Source: Trichosphaerium sp. ATCC 40318
Lineage: Eukaryota > Protista > Tubulinea
Length of the DNA stretch: 64,000 nucleotides
Assembly: GCA_038496445.1 (NCBI GenBank)
Contig: JALMLS010000085.1
Coordinates: 1 to 64,000 of the forward strand
Direction of reading: 5' to 3'
Below the pieces are notes generated by a model. The model did no database searches. It was not told where the DNA came from and saw nothing but the letters and a program-made list of their open reading frames with translations. Both the position numbers and the translations under genes were made by a program. Positions 12,522 through 26,200 of this stretch are shown here, piece by piece; position 1 is the stretch's first letter, and the number at the start of each line of letters is the position of its first letter.

Positions 12522-13562
12522 TCAGTCAATGCGGAACCAAGTCAAGTTTAAAAAAGCATTTGCAGTGCTTGTACCCTTCATACGTATATGTTTAATTTTG
12601 CTGTTTATTGGGAATAATTGCACAGACGAGACTTGTTTGTTTGTACTAGAATATTTTGAGAACGAGAATAGAAAAAAAAGCGTTATGAAACGCACACAAT
12701 ATCTGTCCATTTTTCTGAATCAATGGATGTTTGTATAGTGATAGTGTATGTACGTTTATCTCCATCGTATAGACGCATGGAAATACGTCTAACATATGCA
12801 GGCCTTTGGTTAATTTGTTAGTAAAATCAAGAATTTCAAAAAAGATGTACTCAATAAGAGACACTGTTTGGTAAACATTGGCATCTGTTTGGGTGTATAT
12901 AGAGTTATTATAATCTGTTCCAGTTCTGAGTATGAAAACATTTGATTGTGCAGTGGTGATATCTTGAGAGAAGGCGATGTTAATTAATGTCAAAATACCA
13001 AAATATAAAAAAAAAGTCAGGCGCTGATTTATTACCTATCATGGGACGCTTTGCACATTGTAATTCTTTAATCTGACGTTGTAAAACAATTATCTTTCTT
13101 TCTTGGTCATCCAGAGTTACCTCTGATAACGTGATATCCATTGGGAAGTTTTCACCAGAAACAATCAATTTCTACAAAAGCGATTAATAATCACGTGGGG
13201 TATTTTCTCCAATAGCACCGCACATCATTTTTAAAGGTTCCAATGAGCTTTCCATTGCTGAGAGATGAAAGAATAACGCTAGATTTAAGGAACTTTGGTA
13301 ACTATTATTGACCGTTAATTAATGATTGTACGCCGTGGGCGCTTATTCAATGTTGCTAGAGTGTATACCTCAACTGTTTCAGTGTATTGTCTCGCTTCTT
13401 TAGTATTTTCAACTAGGACCTCTATAATACCGTTCTAACTAGCTTTTAGACTGTTATCACTGAGATTGAACGTACGCTTGTTTCTGTTGCCGTTAACTGC
13501 ATCTGGTCTCCATTTGTAGCATACACAATCGTTGCGTGTGGTTTATTATGTTGTTCAGCCAT
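12522..13562 (-). CDS. Coiled-coil plus F5/8 type C (discoidin, BTBD9 C-terminal-like) domain protein
   Basis: Seven-exon model MAEQHNKP...LDDQERKIIVLQRQIKELQ...EPAYVRRISMRLYDGDKRTYTITIQTSIDSEKWTDIV...IKHIRMKGTSTANAFLNLTWFRID. Confidence 0.7.
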
Positions 13563-13789
13563 GGTTTGGATAATAAAATACTTCAAGTCTTTAGGAACTA
13601 GGTCTAAAGGAACTGTGAAGCAACTCAGTACACAACCAACTTAACCATTTAAACTAAGTTGGTACTGACTCTCGGTTACTGCTGCACGTGATGATCAAAA
13701 TTCGGAGGCCTTGTGGGGATGTTATTGTTTAATAAACATAGAATAGCGAAACTATGACTAGTACAGAGGCAAAAGACAAAACACCAAGT

Positions 13790-15006
13790 TCAAGCTGGTA
13801 CATCAAAGAAAAACAAAAGTGACTGTCTCTCAATCCCGTATGGTAGAACCTAGTTTAAGGTGATAGTTAAGGATGGTTCCTAGTTGATAAATTCTTTTCG
13901 TAAACGTACCACGCGATGTGTTGTTGAAGTAAATGCTGCAGGAGTTTTCTTAGCAAAAAGTTGTAGCTTATTACCTACAATACAAAAAAGGTGTTCACGT
14001 GGTTCAACCATTTCTTCCACCTTTAGAAACTGTTTTGTAGATCTATCCTCTACTTCCAATCCTTGTACATTAGAGCAAAGTATAAACGTAAGTAGACCCG
14101 AATCTAAAGTAATGTATAAACATACAACACCCTTCTTGCAACAATCTCAACATTTTTGGTTTTTTTTCCCCGTACCTGTATGTGTTTTGCTGGGCTCGTG
14201 TGTTGCTTTCCCGTCATCGCTTTTACGTGGAAAATAATTTATTAGAGATATTGATGATCTATCATCTACCTAGAAGCACAAGTTCGGTCAACATAAAATA
14301 GAACTCAGAAAAGTCTTTTTTTTTGTTGCTCACTTTTTCAATTACTAGTTTAAACAGTTCGTCATCAATGTAACTGGCACCATCGACTAATAAAACAAAG
14401 ACTAAGCAACCGTAATAGCGGTGTTATCAAATTTCAGCGTACCTTGTGATCTTGCAACAGCTGTGAACACTGCTTTTGCTAATTTATTGAGAGGATTCCA
14501 AACTTTAACAAAGTTTGCTTTGTAGTTTGGTGGATAAGAAGGGTATCCTTCCTCACTATCAGACCATTTTAACTAACCACGTCACGTGTTAATTATTTAT
14601 CTTGAAAGCACGTGTATTAACAAACAATATCATGTACCTTCAAAAATTCTTTGACTCCCTAACAGCACTGGAGTTAGATGAAAAGCCAAAAATAGGAAAA
14701 AAAACCGTTTAACACAAATTACATTGTTGTACGTGCCTGTACTTGTACATAACCTATATTTTTTTGGTGTCCAAAGTACTGGGATGTTTGAGAAAGCCCA
14801 ACCTTCGCTTCAACCGGTTGTGAGAAGAACTTTGCTCCTATTTGGTTATATTCTGCCATTGCTGCCTTCAAGCCGTCGTCTAGCTTGAATATAGCTACTC
14901 CATCCTTTCTTAGCGATTCGCACACTTCTTTTTGAAGGTTTTCGCTTCCAGGTGCCAAAAATTTATCTGTAGCGATAGGAGAAGGCAGTGCTTGTTTATT
15001 ACCCAT
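13790..15006 (-). CDS. 2-oxoglutarate/Fe(II)-dependent oxygenase with an N-myristoylation-like start
   Basis: MGNKQ start; HTD-SGLLT (HxD), GLEV, VGNKLQ, THRV (distal His) and ERQS (RxS) motifs. Confidence 0.88.
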
Positions 15007-15179
15007 TGTTTGTAAATTTATAGCTCAAGCTGTTCAAATAATGGCTAAAATAACTACAAAACTTATCCCAGTACTTAACGTCTACGTTCGGCTGTTCAGT
15101 TTGTACTGTGGTGTACTTATTGGGTTAAGCGCCGGTGTTTTATTTATTTCTGTTTGGTACGTAGTAAACAACGCAAAAT

Positions 15180-16648
15180 ATGACGGATACTGTACTCAAA
15201 CACGTTGTTGATGTCTTTAAAGGTACAAATATTACTTTGACAAACGAGTAAACGAATAGGCGCAAATATTTCTCCTGACGCGTTACCTGACAGTGTAGAT
15301 GACTTTGAATCATGTTTAAAAGGTAAACAACACTAATCCGCTTATTCACATAACAAAATGCATAAAATAGCCTCACTTTCGGCATGGCGGGCTTCAGGCA
15401 TTCGTGGTGTATGGATAAAACTACCTAAGGAGAAATCAACATTTATACCAGTTGCCGTCGCTCAAGGCTTTGATTATGTACTAGATTACTCCTCTATTGA
15501 CATGTTATTAATCACCATTAGCATCACGCTAAACCAGAGTACATAATGATGACCCAGTGGTTACCTGATTCAAAATCGAGGCTGCCGGAGTACTCCTCGA
15601 GTTACCTTGGTATTCTTTTAATTTTCTTGTTGCACTACTAGTTCCACTCTAACAAAGTAAATTTAGGTGTTGGTGGAGTAGTAATTAATGAGGTATGAAA
15701 CGACGGTTGGATAGATAGTCACGTGATGAACACGTGATGCCTAGAAAACTTTTTTTCCCCTTGCAAAACAATCTCTGAAACGTTTTGTAGAAGAACGAGA
15801 TTCTTGTCATTAGTGAAAAGTATAGCAAGGGTATTCGCTGGAAGATTCCAGGTTCGCAAGATTTGCTTTTTTTTTTTTTTTGTTTTTAACAGTTCGTTTG
15901 TAGGTGGATTAATAGATCCTGGTGAGGATATTGCAACTGCTGCTATGCGTGAAGTTATGGAAGAGACGGGTGTTAAGTCGGAGTTTGTGTCATTAATGTG
16001 CTTCAGGTTCGTTCACAAGTTTGTTTTTCTGGTTTTGGCGTACTTTGTTTCATGGTTTTTGTAGACACAAGGAACATTTTTTGTTTGGTCAGAGTGATGT
16101 TTATTTTGTGTGTCGGTTGAAGGCTCTTTCTAGTGCTATATCAGCTCAAGAAGAAGAGATATCTCATTGTAAATGGATGCCGGTATGTACTATACTCTTG
16201 GGTTAAGTATGGAACGCTAACAATCTATGTAGTTAAAGGATTATGTCTCTTGGTACGGAGGAACAGTCTTAGTCCTCTTGAGACATGTATTAATGGTTAT
16301 GTAGCGATCAAACAGAGGCTGGATTGCATCAATCTATTGCAAAACTAGCATTACAAATGGTAGAAGATGAAGAGAATACTTCCAAAGGTGTATGGCACAG
16401 AGAAACGATTCCAATAACGTAAGTACTCACAGTTTTTTTTGGTGCTCATCAACTTTGTCTCTTTCTAATTTTTCACATTAGGACTGGCGTAAACTCGCCA
16501 TTTTATTTCCCAACTGTGAAAGCTGTACGCACAATAATTTTGATTGAAATTTTTTTTTTTCGTCACGTGACTGTGAGTTAATGCTAATTCATTTCTTCTG
16601 CTACAGGGTATGAATCACTTTTTATATCATTGTCAAGGTAAACAATAA
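15180..16648 (+). CDS. NUDT6/AtNUDT2-like Nudix hydrolase
   Basis: [18 protein letters not shown]...[20 protein letters not shown]-terminal domain and Nudix box [24 protein letters not shown]. Confidence 0.92.
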
Positions 16649-16951
16649 ATAAACTATCGCTATGTTGACTCATGTGACTGTTACATTCTCCAAAATTAAA
16701 TCATTTCAATGAAAAATCCACTGTACTCACATTTGCTGGTACAAAAATCCACTGTTATGTTTTTGTACTTGTTTTTGGACTTATCACAAGATGTCGGTTC
16801 AAAAACGTGGGTTACTACAAACTGTAGTTCTTTAAAATACGTTGCTGTATTTGTCACTGTTTTAATAAGAATACGAAAGTCTAGAGTTCTGAAATACAAG
16901 TGGGTTTGGCTGTTTTTATTTAGAAAACGAGGTACAAGTTGTTTACGTTTC

Positions 16952-17832
16952 TTAAACGCAAGTCAAGCAACATCCTTCATTTGCAGGTTTACACCTGCTA
17001 CCAACACACACACCAAGGTTGTCTGCGTCATCAATAGGTGGGAGAGTAGCTAAAACATACAATAAGCAAAGCGATCTCAGAATACAACAAAAGCAAAAGG
17101 CAAAGCGTTTTTTTTGAAATTATGGCTGTTGCAGGAGCCTGAACGTACATAGTAGGTAGTCAGTGAGCTTTTTAGGGATACCAGAGGTTGAGTTGGAATC
17201 TAATCCAACAGAAGCAGCGTCTGGACATCTCTTAGGTACACCAAGACACCTGTTTCTTCCAGATTGTATTACAACTTCTGTGCAACGACCACAAAGGCAT
17301 CCAAGATCGCAAATACCAATAACTCTACAAACCTTTTTAGGTGTGGTACCAGCTAGGAAATAACAAGTCAGTACGGGTGACAACAGAGAAAAAGAAGTAA
17401 ACGATAAAAAAAAATCAAAAAAAAAGGCTTACAGTTGAGGTATTTGTTTGCAAGACCACAGAGTCCTTTAGCTACCAAATAATCACATATAACGCGTGCA
17501 GATTGATCACCGATATCAGCACATACATTGGAACAACCTAGAACGTTGATTAGAAACTCCACTTTCGACATCAACAGTTTTCGTTAAAAATGCGTCTGAT
17601 GACGCCTTGTGTTCATGAATTTACTACGCAAAGTGCAATAGCGGAAAAACAGTTGGCTATCGAATAGTTGTGTACCACAAACATTCACAAGGCGATAATT
17701 AGGCTATATGTGTTACGTACCACCAGCAGCGATAGCGTCCATGACTTCTAAGCATGCATGACAGTCTTTCTTTGGTGCAGCGACTACTAAGGCTAGGAAA
17801 GCAACAAGTACAACAAGAAGACCAGCTTTCAT
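16952..17832 (-). CDS. Secreted saposin-like protein (copy 2)
   Basis: Mirror of 120-1006 with a few substitutions (e.g. CPDAAS vs CPAAAS). Confidence 0.7.
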
Positions 17833-18297
17833 CGTGTTTTAATGTGAATAAATAAGGTAACAAGAAAGCCAGTTAAGGCAACTTTTTCATATTCGTATTC
17901 TGAATACTATTCAGTTTTTACTTCGTTTTTGCTTCCCTTTGATACTTTAGGGTAGTTTAAAGTGTTTTTAGTAGCGAGTAAAACTATTCGGAATATTCCC
18001 ATGTAGTTGCGAACTTCCCAAGATTCTAGGTGTGCTAATTAGGTTAATGGCATCGTTGACATATAGGATACGAATGAATGAGTAATTCTAGAAGTGCTAG
18101 AGCTTCGTTTTGGGAAGAGAAAAAGGTGATTTTGTGAACAAATTTGTTTTTGTTTTTCGTGCTTTCTTTTTTGTTTTTCATTGCGTGGGGACATAACTGT
18201 AGCGTGTCAATAGGTTTTTCATTTTATTTGAGGAGGTGATCTAGAAATACAAGAAAGTTTCAAAGGATCAACACGTTTTCGCCTTTGAACGGTGCCA

Positions 18298-21200
18298 TTA
18301 ATGTTGTACTACCTGTAAAACCGCTTTTAGTCCCAATGGGAATAATTCTTCCAAAAAGGTAAACTCGTTTCCCGTTTTAGAGTGATGAAGCGCCGTACCT
18401 TGAAAAGTTTTGTTGTTTTCATTGTACATTTCGTCGTAGTCTAGTAATGGTCTTGAACTACTCAGGGCATTCATATTTAGTGAAGGCACGTGGAATTGTA
18501 ATGTAGCAGCAAGGGAGATTTGGTCTCCCTTCCACCAGTAAGGAATTGAAACAAGTCGAATACCTGAGGTGTTTTTGTTAACCAAGAAAAAAGCAAGTAC
18601 TTTTTGTGAAATGAAAAAAAAATGAAAAAAAAAGTTGCTAGCTTACCATTATCGGCGCATAGTTGAGCTTTTTCAATATCTCTACTTTCAAAAATATATG
18701 TAGGTGGTAAATGAGCGCCAGAAAATGCACCATTGTAATGATGTTCTCCTAGACCGTGTTAGGTTACTTTTTTTTTGCTTTTTTTGAACAAAAACATTTA
18801 ATGAGGTTACCTTGGTACTCTACTGCTAGGTTGTGTTTTGCTATATATACATCCACAGATAATAATCCACCAGTAGATTGTCTTGTACCAATAATATGCT
18901 CTTCAGATACGAGAGTATTTGGAAATATCTTACGCAAACATTCTACCATCCACCTATTTTTTTATGTTAGAAGAAATTGTGTTAAACAGTTTTTTCTTCT
19001 GTTTCAAAATGTTCACTTGTAATACTACTTACCGTTGCTTTGCTTTCTTATATGACTGCAAAGATCCTCTGGTACTCGTAAGATAATGTGGTTTCAGTAG
19101 CTGAAGTACATTTGGAAAGTACTGAAGTAGTCCTTCACCACCCAATTCTGTGATTTGAGCCTTAGATATGCGATTCCTGAGACATGCATTAGCATGTTCC
19201 GAATGGGTTTTTTTTCTTTTCAAAAAGAAATATGAACTATGAGAGTACCAAGCATCTCCAGAGTTTATGTTCAATGATTTCCTAGCCTGTGACAAGAAAT
19301 CAAGTTGTGTTTGTTCATCTTTCCAATATCCAAATGGCTTTGCTTCACGAGGCTTAAAATGCCATCGATGTCTATTATACACTGTCGAAACTAACTTAGC
19401 TACAGAGTTACCATACCTATAAGGATTAAGAAAGGATTTAAATATCGTTCAAGAAATCAAGAACTGAGGAATGAACGTCGTTGATGAAAATGGAATTTGT
19501 AGAAAAAAACTTGTAGTAGTTGGTTACATTTTTGATAATCCTGCACCGCCTTTTGCGTTTAATTTAACGCATGTGATATTATACCAATCATCTAATTGTT
19601 TAACACCTAGTCTCATTCCTAATAAATCAGTCATAGATCTCTGATTATGTATATCCGTCCAATAGTCTTGAGGAACAAATCTGAAGTTAAAAGAAAAAAA
19701 AAGATTAGGATACCACTTTGTTTACACTGATTGTTCGTACTTGAACTTCCATGTATGCCATCTGTAATTTGGATAAATATCGCGTAATGCTACTTCCAAC
19801 GATCCATAGTATCTATGATATAAAATAAATACATGACTAATAGTTTAGAGGACGACAGCGTACCGTCCAATCAACTTGCCACCAAATTTATCAAAATCAT
19901 TTCGGAGTACATTGTACCACCCATGCAAAGTTTTAATATTCATCCTCCGACCGATATAGTCCATTAAAACCTGATGCCTATCCCGGGAATCATCTACAGA
20001 TAGTCTATTTTGATAATAGCATTAACAGTTGCCGTCAAAACAGTAACGATGGAATTTGAATAATCGTACTTGAACCGACGAGATTGCCATTCGAAATGTG
20101 GGAACAACGCTCTTAACATTGTCTCTACAGACCTCCCATATCTAAAACCAATTAGATGACTACCTTGGTATGCTTATAAACTATTTTTTGTACAATTGAA
20201 GTAAGCCATTAGCACCAGCAAACTCAAAACGCCATAGAGGAATAAGATGACATTCGTCAAGTGTTTTCACTGAAAGTGTCTCAGCAACATCCTGTAGTAC
20301 ATCCCTCTGGTTTTCTACAGACTTCCAGTAGTTCTTTGGAACCTCTTGTTCCCTATAGGAGGTATGTATCATCGCACAAAACGAGTGAAACGGCAAAAAA
20401 CCGTTGATAAAAGCAGTTACGTGAACTTTGCTGGATGCCACTTATAGTGGGGGTAAATAGCTCCTAGTGCTGTTGATATTGACTTCCGATACCTACGTAT
20501 GCTCAATACTGAGTTTAAAGGTCGTGTCATGACAAAGTTACATTTTCATGACGCTTCTAGCTCCTGCGTTGATTATATCGTTATATGTTACGTTGTACCA
20601 GCCATCTATGTCGTTAACTTTCAGTTTACGCGCAATTGTGGTATCAAAGTAATGTCGTTGATTAGAAAGTGACTTCCAGTAACCAACAGGTACTCTACGA
20701 TGCGCTGTACGTAATATCAATAAGTTTTACATTTTTCTAATATAATCTAGCGTGAAAACGATAAACAAACCTTTTTTACTTTCTTTTGGATATATTCCAT
20801 GACGTGTAGCAACTTTTGGCGCTATCTGCATCAAGAAATAAAAACAAGGCAATAAGGCAGGTGTGCTTCAGAAAACACTTAACAACGTCCTTGTTCTTAG
20901 CTCATTTTTTATTACACTATACTGCGAACAGCACACACCTTTTGTTACTGTATTTGATACATCGCAGGCATTCTTTCTTTTTCCTCAAGCCAAGAAATTT
21001 GATCGAATTAAAACCACAATCTTATTTCTTTCCTACTCACTTGGTTTATAATATTTGTTCCTGTTGCTGTTCCCATGAGGGTGCATAGTAGAGGTGCTTC
21101 TTAGTCAGACCTCGGTGTTTAATACTTCGTTACGACAAACACATTACATACGCCAACCTGGTTGCTCTTAATACTTCGTCACCGCTGATAATGTCAGAGA

Positions 21201-21465
21201 GCAATCTAGGAAATGGGTCTGACAATACTTCGAAGAAGAATTTGGAAACGAATTTGGAACGTGCTGAACCTGCATGTGCATTGCTGAGGCATGCCTTACA
21301 CGGTACAGCTTACCAAAAATACGAAGCACGCTACGCGAACACCTCTTCTTTTTTGGTCAACAATGGTAATGTTGGAAACTCTCTAAGCAAATCAGTTTTG
21401 ACGTTTACCTTTTTTTGAATAGTGTGATGTAAGGAGGGCAAGGGTGCCCTTGATGATGTAATCAT
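18298..21465 (-). CDS. Protein with five ~70-aa Trp-rich repeats and a C-terminal RAP/DUF559-like (PD-(D/E)xK-like) domain; start uncertain
   Basis: Repeat pattern P.GYW....NQR...D.....L.V...DGWYNV........GG..L...Y..S....L...YP.Y.W....F; then LSVDVYIAKHNLAVEYQGEHHY...RDIEKAQLCADNGIRLVSIPYWW. Confidence 0.75.
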
Positions 21466-21732
21466 TCTTTCACCATGTACGTACATACGCGAGTATTGCA
21501 AGTGTAATTTCTTGTATCGCCACCGAGGGATTAAAGAGATGTAATTATTCTATCACGTGTTAAGGGAATATTGGTGTAAATACTACAACCATTGAGGCGG
21601 ATTTCAATGATTGTTATTCGGTTTACATACCACTTTGTACTTAGTATTGGACGTGTATCTATAATATCGTGGTAATGGTAAAGGTGAGGACAAAAACTAA
21701 ACGTTTTTTTTGTACAATTTTTATTTATTTTT

Positions 21733-22838
21733 TCACAATTTTTTCTTTTTGACAAGTCGTTTTCCTTCTTCATCCCATACTCTATATAAACCTTTTGCTT
21801 TATCATTAATATAAAAACATTGTTTATGTAATTGACCATTCTCATGCCATTGTTTATAAACACCTTGCTTCTCATCATTACGATAAAAACAAGTAACATA
21901 CTCTTGTCCATTTTCGTACCAACTTAAAAAATCACCATCTTTTTTATCATTTAAATAAACGCATTTTATATACACCTGTCCATTTGGATACCACTTTGTA
22001 TACTCACCATTACGTTTACCATCATTATAATAACATAACCATTGTATTTGATTATTATCATGCCAAGCTTTAAGTTCACCATTAAGTTTGTTAAATTCAC
22101 CATAATTACAACTTTTGAAAAGTTTTCCATTATCATGATACTCCGTATACTTCCCTACTTTCTCGTAATGTGAGTTTATCTTACACTGTATAATCAATGC
22201 ACCAGATAAATCAAACTGACGATAAATAAAAGTTCTCCTATCCCAGTACTTGAAGGTCTCACCGTTTTCATGTTTTTTGATCCAAACACCAGTAGGTGAT
22301 AGATTTTCATCAAATCTTGTATCAATTGCGGCTTGTTTTGAAAGAAGAGGCCATAAAGTCGACACAGAAGTACTCATGGCGTAAATGTTTTCTCTTACAA
22401 GTTTAGGAAGATGAATGAGCTGATTTGGTAGTTCCTCATACTCGTTATAGATAGGGTCATCAACTGAGGCTTCCAAAGAATCGACAAGTGCTTCTGAACT
22501 AAAACTGTACGATAAGAGTTAAAAATAAAATTTTTTAATTGTGGCGTCAAAAACGAGACAGAAAAAAAATCACGTGTCAAATAAGACGACTTGTCAAAAT
22601 GTATAACAACCGCGGGTGTGGTTAATTGGTTTTCCGAACTTAAGGTTTGAGTAGGGGTCCAGTATTCATCGAATCTTTTTTTTTGTTTTTGTTTATGTAC
22701 AAAACGTGATTTTTTTTGTTTCGTTTGTAAAACTCTGTCGTACCCTGATAACGTAAAAGAGTTTACATCCTTTGATAGAATAGACGATACCGATCGCTTT
22801 TTTATCGTTTCGATAGAATTTTGAGCAAGTATATCCAT
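21733..22838 (-). CDS. F-box-like plus MORN-variant (YwqK-like) repeat protein
   Basis: Leader exon 22838-22744 and phase-2 intron 22743-22499, then one exon with LIHLPKLVRENI...LLSKQ and 24-aa G.y..WyeNGq repeats. Confidence 0.8.
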
Positions 22839-23249
22839 TAAACCCACTCGTTCGTTATAAAATAATGTCGATAGGCTTTCTATAGAGCTTCGAACAGTTT
22901 TACCTTGTAAAATTGAGAGATCGATTAAACAAAATGAAATAAGGGCTTTACCTTGTTCTTCACCACGTGTTATTTTTGATTTTTAATCAATTTTTTAATT
23001 AGGAACGTTGCTTAAATAAACTAACGCAATACAAAAAAGGTTAAAGATGTCGAAACATTTTGATTTATTTTATTTTTGTGAAGAAAAAAAAATCCGCCTT
23101 CACATGGTAAGAAAGAGGGGTGTACAACAATAAACAATGTTTTTAACGCTTAAATCAAGGAGTATAAACACATATTGAATGGTTTTTTTCAGAAAAAAAC
23201 TCTTCCAGTGAACACACGCTAAGCGTCAATTATAATTGACGTACTACAC

Positions 23250-26200
23250 TCAAGCGTTCTAAAGAAATTGTTTTTAGTAAAACCGCGAGTATAAACAACA
23301 AAAACGTGTCAAAAAAAAACGTACAACATCAATAGTCTCAATCTCTCCATCAGCTTCTGATGAAGTATCATCAGGATCAGAGTCATCCTCAGCTTCATCT
23401 TCAGAAGCTTCATCTTCTTCGGACTCTTCTTTCAATTCAGCTGCTTCTTCGTCTTCATCGTCATCAACTCTCTGTGAGTAATGTAAGCAAATATTTTCTG
23501 TGTATTTCAAAGGCTATTGAGCGTACTTTTTTGCTTTTGTGTTTCTTATCTTTTTTGTCTTTTTTATCCTTGTGCTTACGTTTTTTATCCTTCTTGTCTT
23601 TCTTGCTCTTTTTCTTAGACTTTGGTTTTGGGACTTGTTGGTAGTCCGCAAATACGAGCATAATAACTTTATCTTTATGATGAAGTATGGTGTTTGGTGT
23701 TGGATTCACAAAGACATAAGGCATTGAACTCTTTTTCACCTCTTCAGAGCGGTACAAAGCAAGTGGTAAGCAGCCTATGGCTGAAAGGACCTTGTAGAGC
23801 TTCTCGTAAGTTTCGCCCTTCATGCTCTTTGGCATTTTAATACTTGCAAGGTAACTGCCACCCTTGGCAGAAATGAGGGTATCCAATACTTTAATAAGGT
23901 AACCCTTAAAGTACGACTAAAAAAAATGATAAGAAAACAAAGAATAGTCAACATAAAAACCATAAAATATAGTACGTACTTGAGTGACCATGATATCGAG
24001 CAAAGTGATTGAGAACAGATGTCCAGCAGCGTACATTGGTACAGCAGTAAAATCGAGTTTACCAATATCCTTCAAGCGAAGGTTTGTTAAAAATCTTACG
24101 CTAGAGTCCTCGACTAGCAAACAACATTAGACAAAAAAAAAATTTGTTTCAATCAAAAAAAAGTACTTACTGAGCTCGGCGATGTATACAATCTTCTCGA
24201 AGGAATCTTTACCAGCAATGTTAGATTGTCTGATCTTTTTAATCTCACGATGTTGCATAAGAGTCATGATAGCCCTCCAATCCATAATTCTGCTTGTACT
24301 AAACACAAAGAGTCAGGTTTATTTAAAAAGTAAAAATGTATCAACGTACTCTCTGTTCTTGTTGATCTCAGGAGGTAGGATGATGAACTTCCCGCATGTG
24401 AGGAATCCAGCACGTTCAAGATCGTAACGGATGACAGGAGATCCCTGAACAAAGTAGATATGGTCAAGTTGGTCATCAGTAGCCCAAAATCGCACTACAA
24501 ATTAATTAAATATTTCAAACCATTTGATACAAACGATGAACAATACGTACCTTCAGGTGCTTGTTCATGCAAAATAACAATTGGTACTTGTTTTTCAACA
24601 ATCATTGGATCGTTCAAGATTGATACAAGCATACCAATACCTAATTAAAATGTAAGTAACGAAATAAATATTGTATAACAAAAGTTTCTTACCTTTACGA
24701 GAACCAGCAATAATGATATGACCCTTTAGGAATGAAACATCCCATCTTGTGATACGCTTACAAGCTAGGCTGAGCGCACTCTTGAAAGTAGGGTGGTTGT
24801 TAACAGATTTTGGGACGGTGCCTTCACGCCAATCTATGGTGAGTACAGGAGGTTTGTCAGTTACAAGATCTTCTTTTTGGATTGCAGATGCTTCTTCGGC
24901 GGAAATTTCTTCAAGGACGTTATCACGCTTATTAGTATCATTCTCAATATTGATCTTTTGGACTTGTCCACGTTGGTTCATTGTGTGATGCTTTCTGTTT
25001 TGGAACCAGAAGGCGCCTTCAAGTTCTGCACGTGTCTCTGTAACCCAATAGTTAGTTTCAACACTAACTATCGTTATTTTATAGTACCTTCGTTCTCTTG
25101 TCTTAGACTCTCTTGCTCTGGCATGGATAATCCTCCATCGAGAAGAGTGAGCTAATTAGCACGTCAGTAAACTGGTTAAAAAAAATGAAGTGTGTTGACA
25201 TACCGCTTCTTCAACAGTCTGCAAGTCATCGGCAATAAAAATACCAGTTTCTCCACCTTGGAATTTGTAGTTTGTAGGGTTGATTCTAATGTTCTTAATA
25301 TCTTTAATGTAGATACCAAAGAGGCACACTTTTCCGTGCTGGTAAAGCAACTAATGAAAGTTATCAGTTAAAATACACTTGATCCTTTTAAAACGCACAT
25401 AAGACAACTCAGCGAAGGAAATATCAAGATCAGCAACCTCTGTTGGGATAACATGAACATACATTTCCATACCACGACCGTGATCTACCAAAGTGTGAGA
25501 CAGCGAACATAGTGCTTTTAAAACGTACTGTACTCATCGAGCCATTCATACTTCTTTCTGTATTTACGCATTTTGATAACCTTACCATTTCCATCGTAAG
25601 AGTACTCATCTAATGGCAGGTAAGAATATTTTCAAAAAAAAAGAAAAAAAAACCAAGTAGTACATTGAGACACGCTTTCTAATTCCTCCTTTGCTTTTCT
25701 CATCTCTTCAGAACCATGAGTTCGGATAAGGTTAGCGACAATAGTCGAAAAACCAGGTACAATAACAGAGTATGCGAGCAATTTCTAAAAATATGATTAT
25801 GTGAAATACAAAACGAGCGCGTTCCGCATTTGGATCCAAAAAAAAAACTTTCTAACATACCTGTTTGAGGGCATCCATACCAGGTACAAATTGAACGCGA
25901 CCGAAACCTCTCAACAAGTTCTAAAATACCTTGTTAGCCAAAAATAGTTTGGTTTTAAAACGTACGCTGTTCACAGGTTGAATTAGGGAAGTAAAGATTC
26001 TAACGTTTTTGGACAAACGACGAATAGAACTGACAATCAAAAGGGTTTCTGAGCAATAAGTAAATTAAAAATACCTACAACAAAAAAAAGGTTACGTACC
26101 AGCATCAGTCCTCTCTGGAGCACTGTACAAGTCAGTACTGTTAATCAAGATAAAGATCGATTTTGCTTTACGGATATCACAACGATCGAGGTCGTCTTCG

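Larger units (their letters stand above)
13575..17952. repeat. Right arm of the inverted duplication; carries the intact gene copies
   Basis: Near-identical to the reverse complement of 1-4382, with scattered substitutions and homopolymer indels. Confidence 0.97.

Noticed and set aside
12980-13168. PAS/PAC-like motif GENFPMDITLSEV
   Set aside because: The spliced context gives a coiled coil followed by an F5/8C domain; there is no PAS core.
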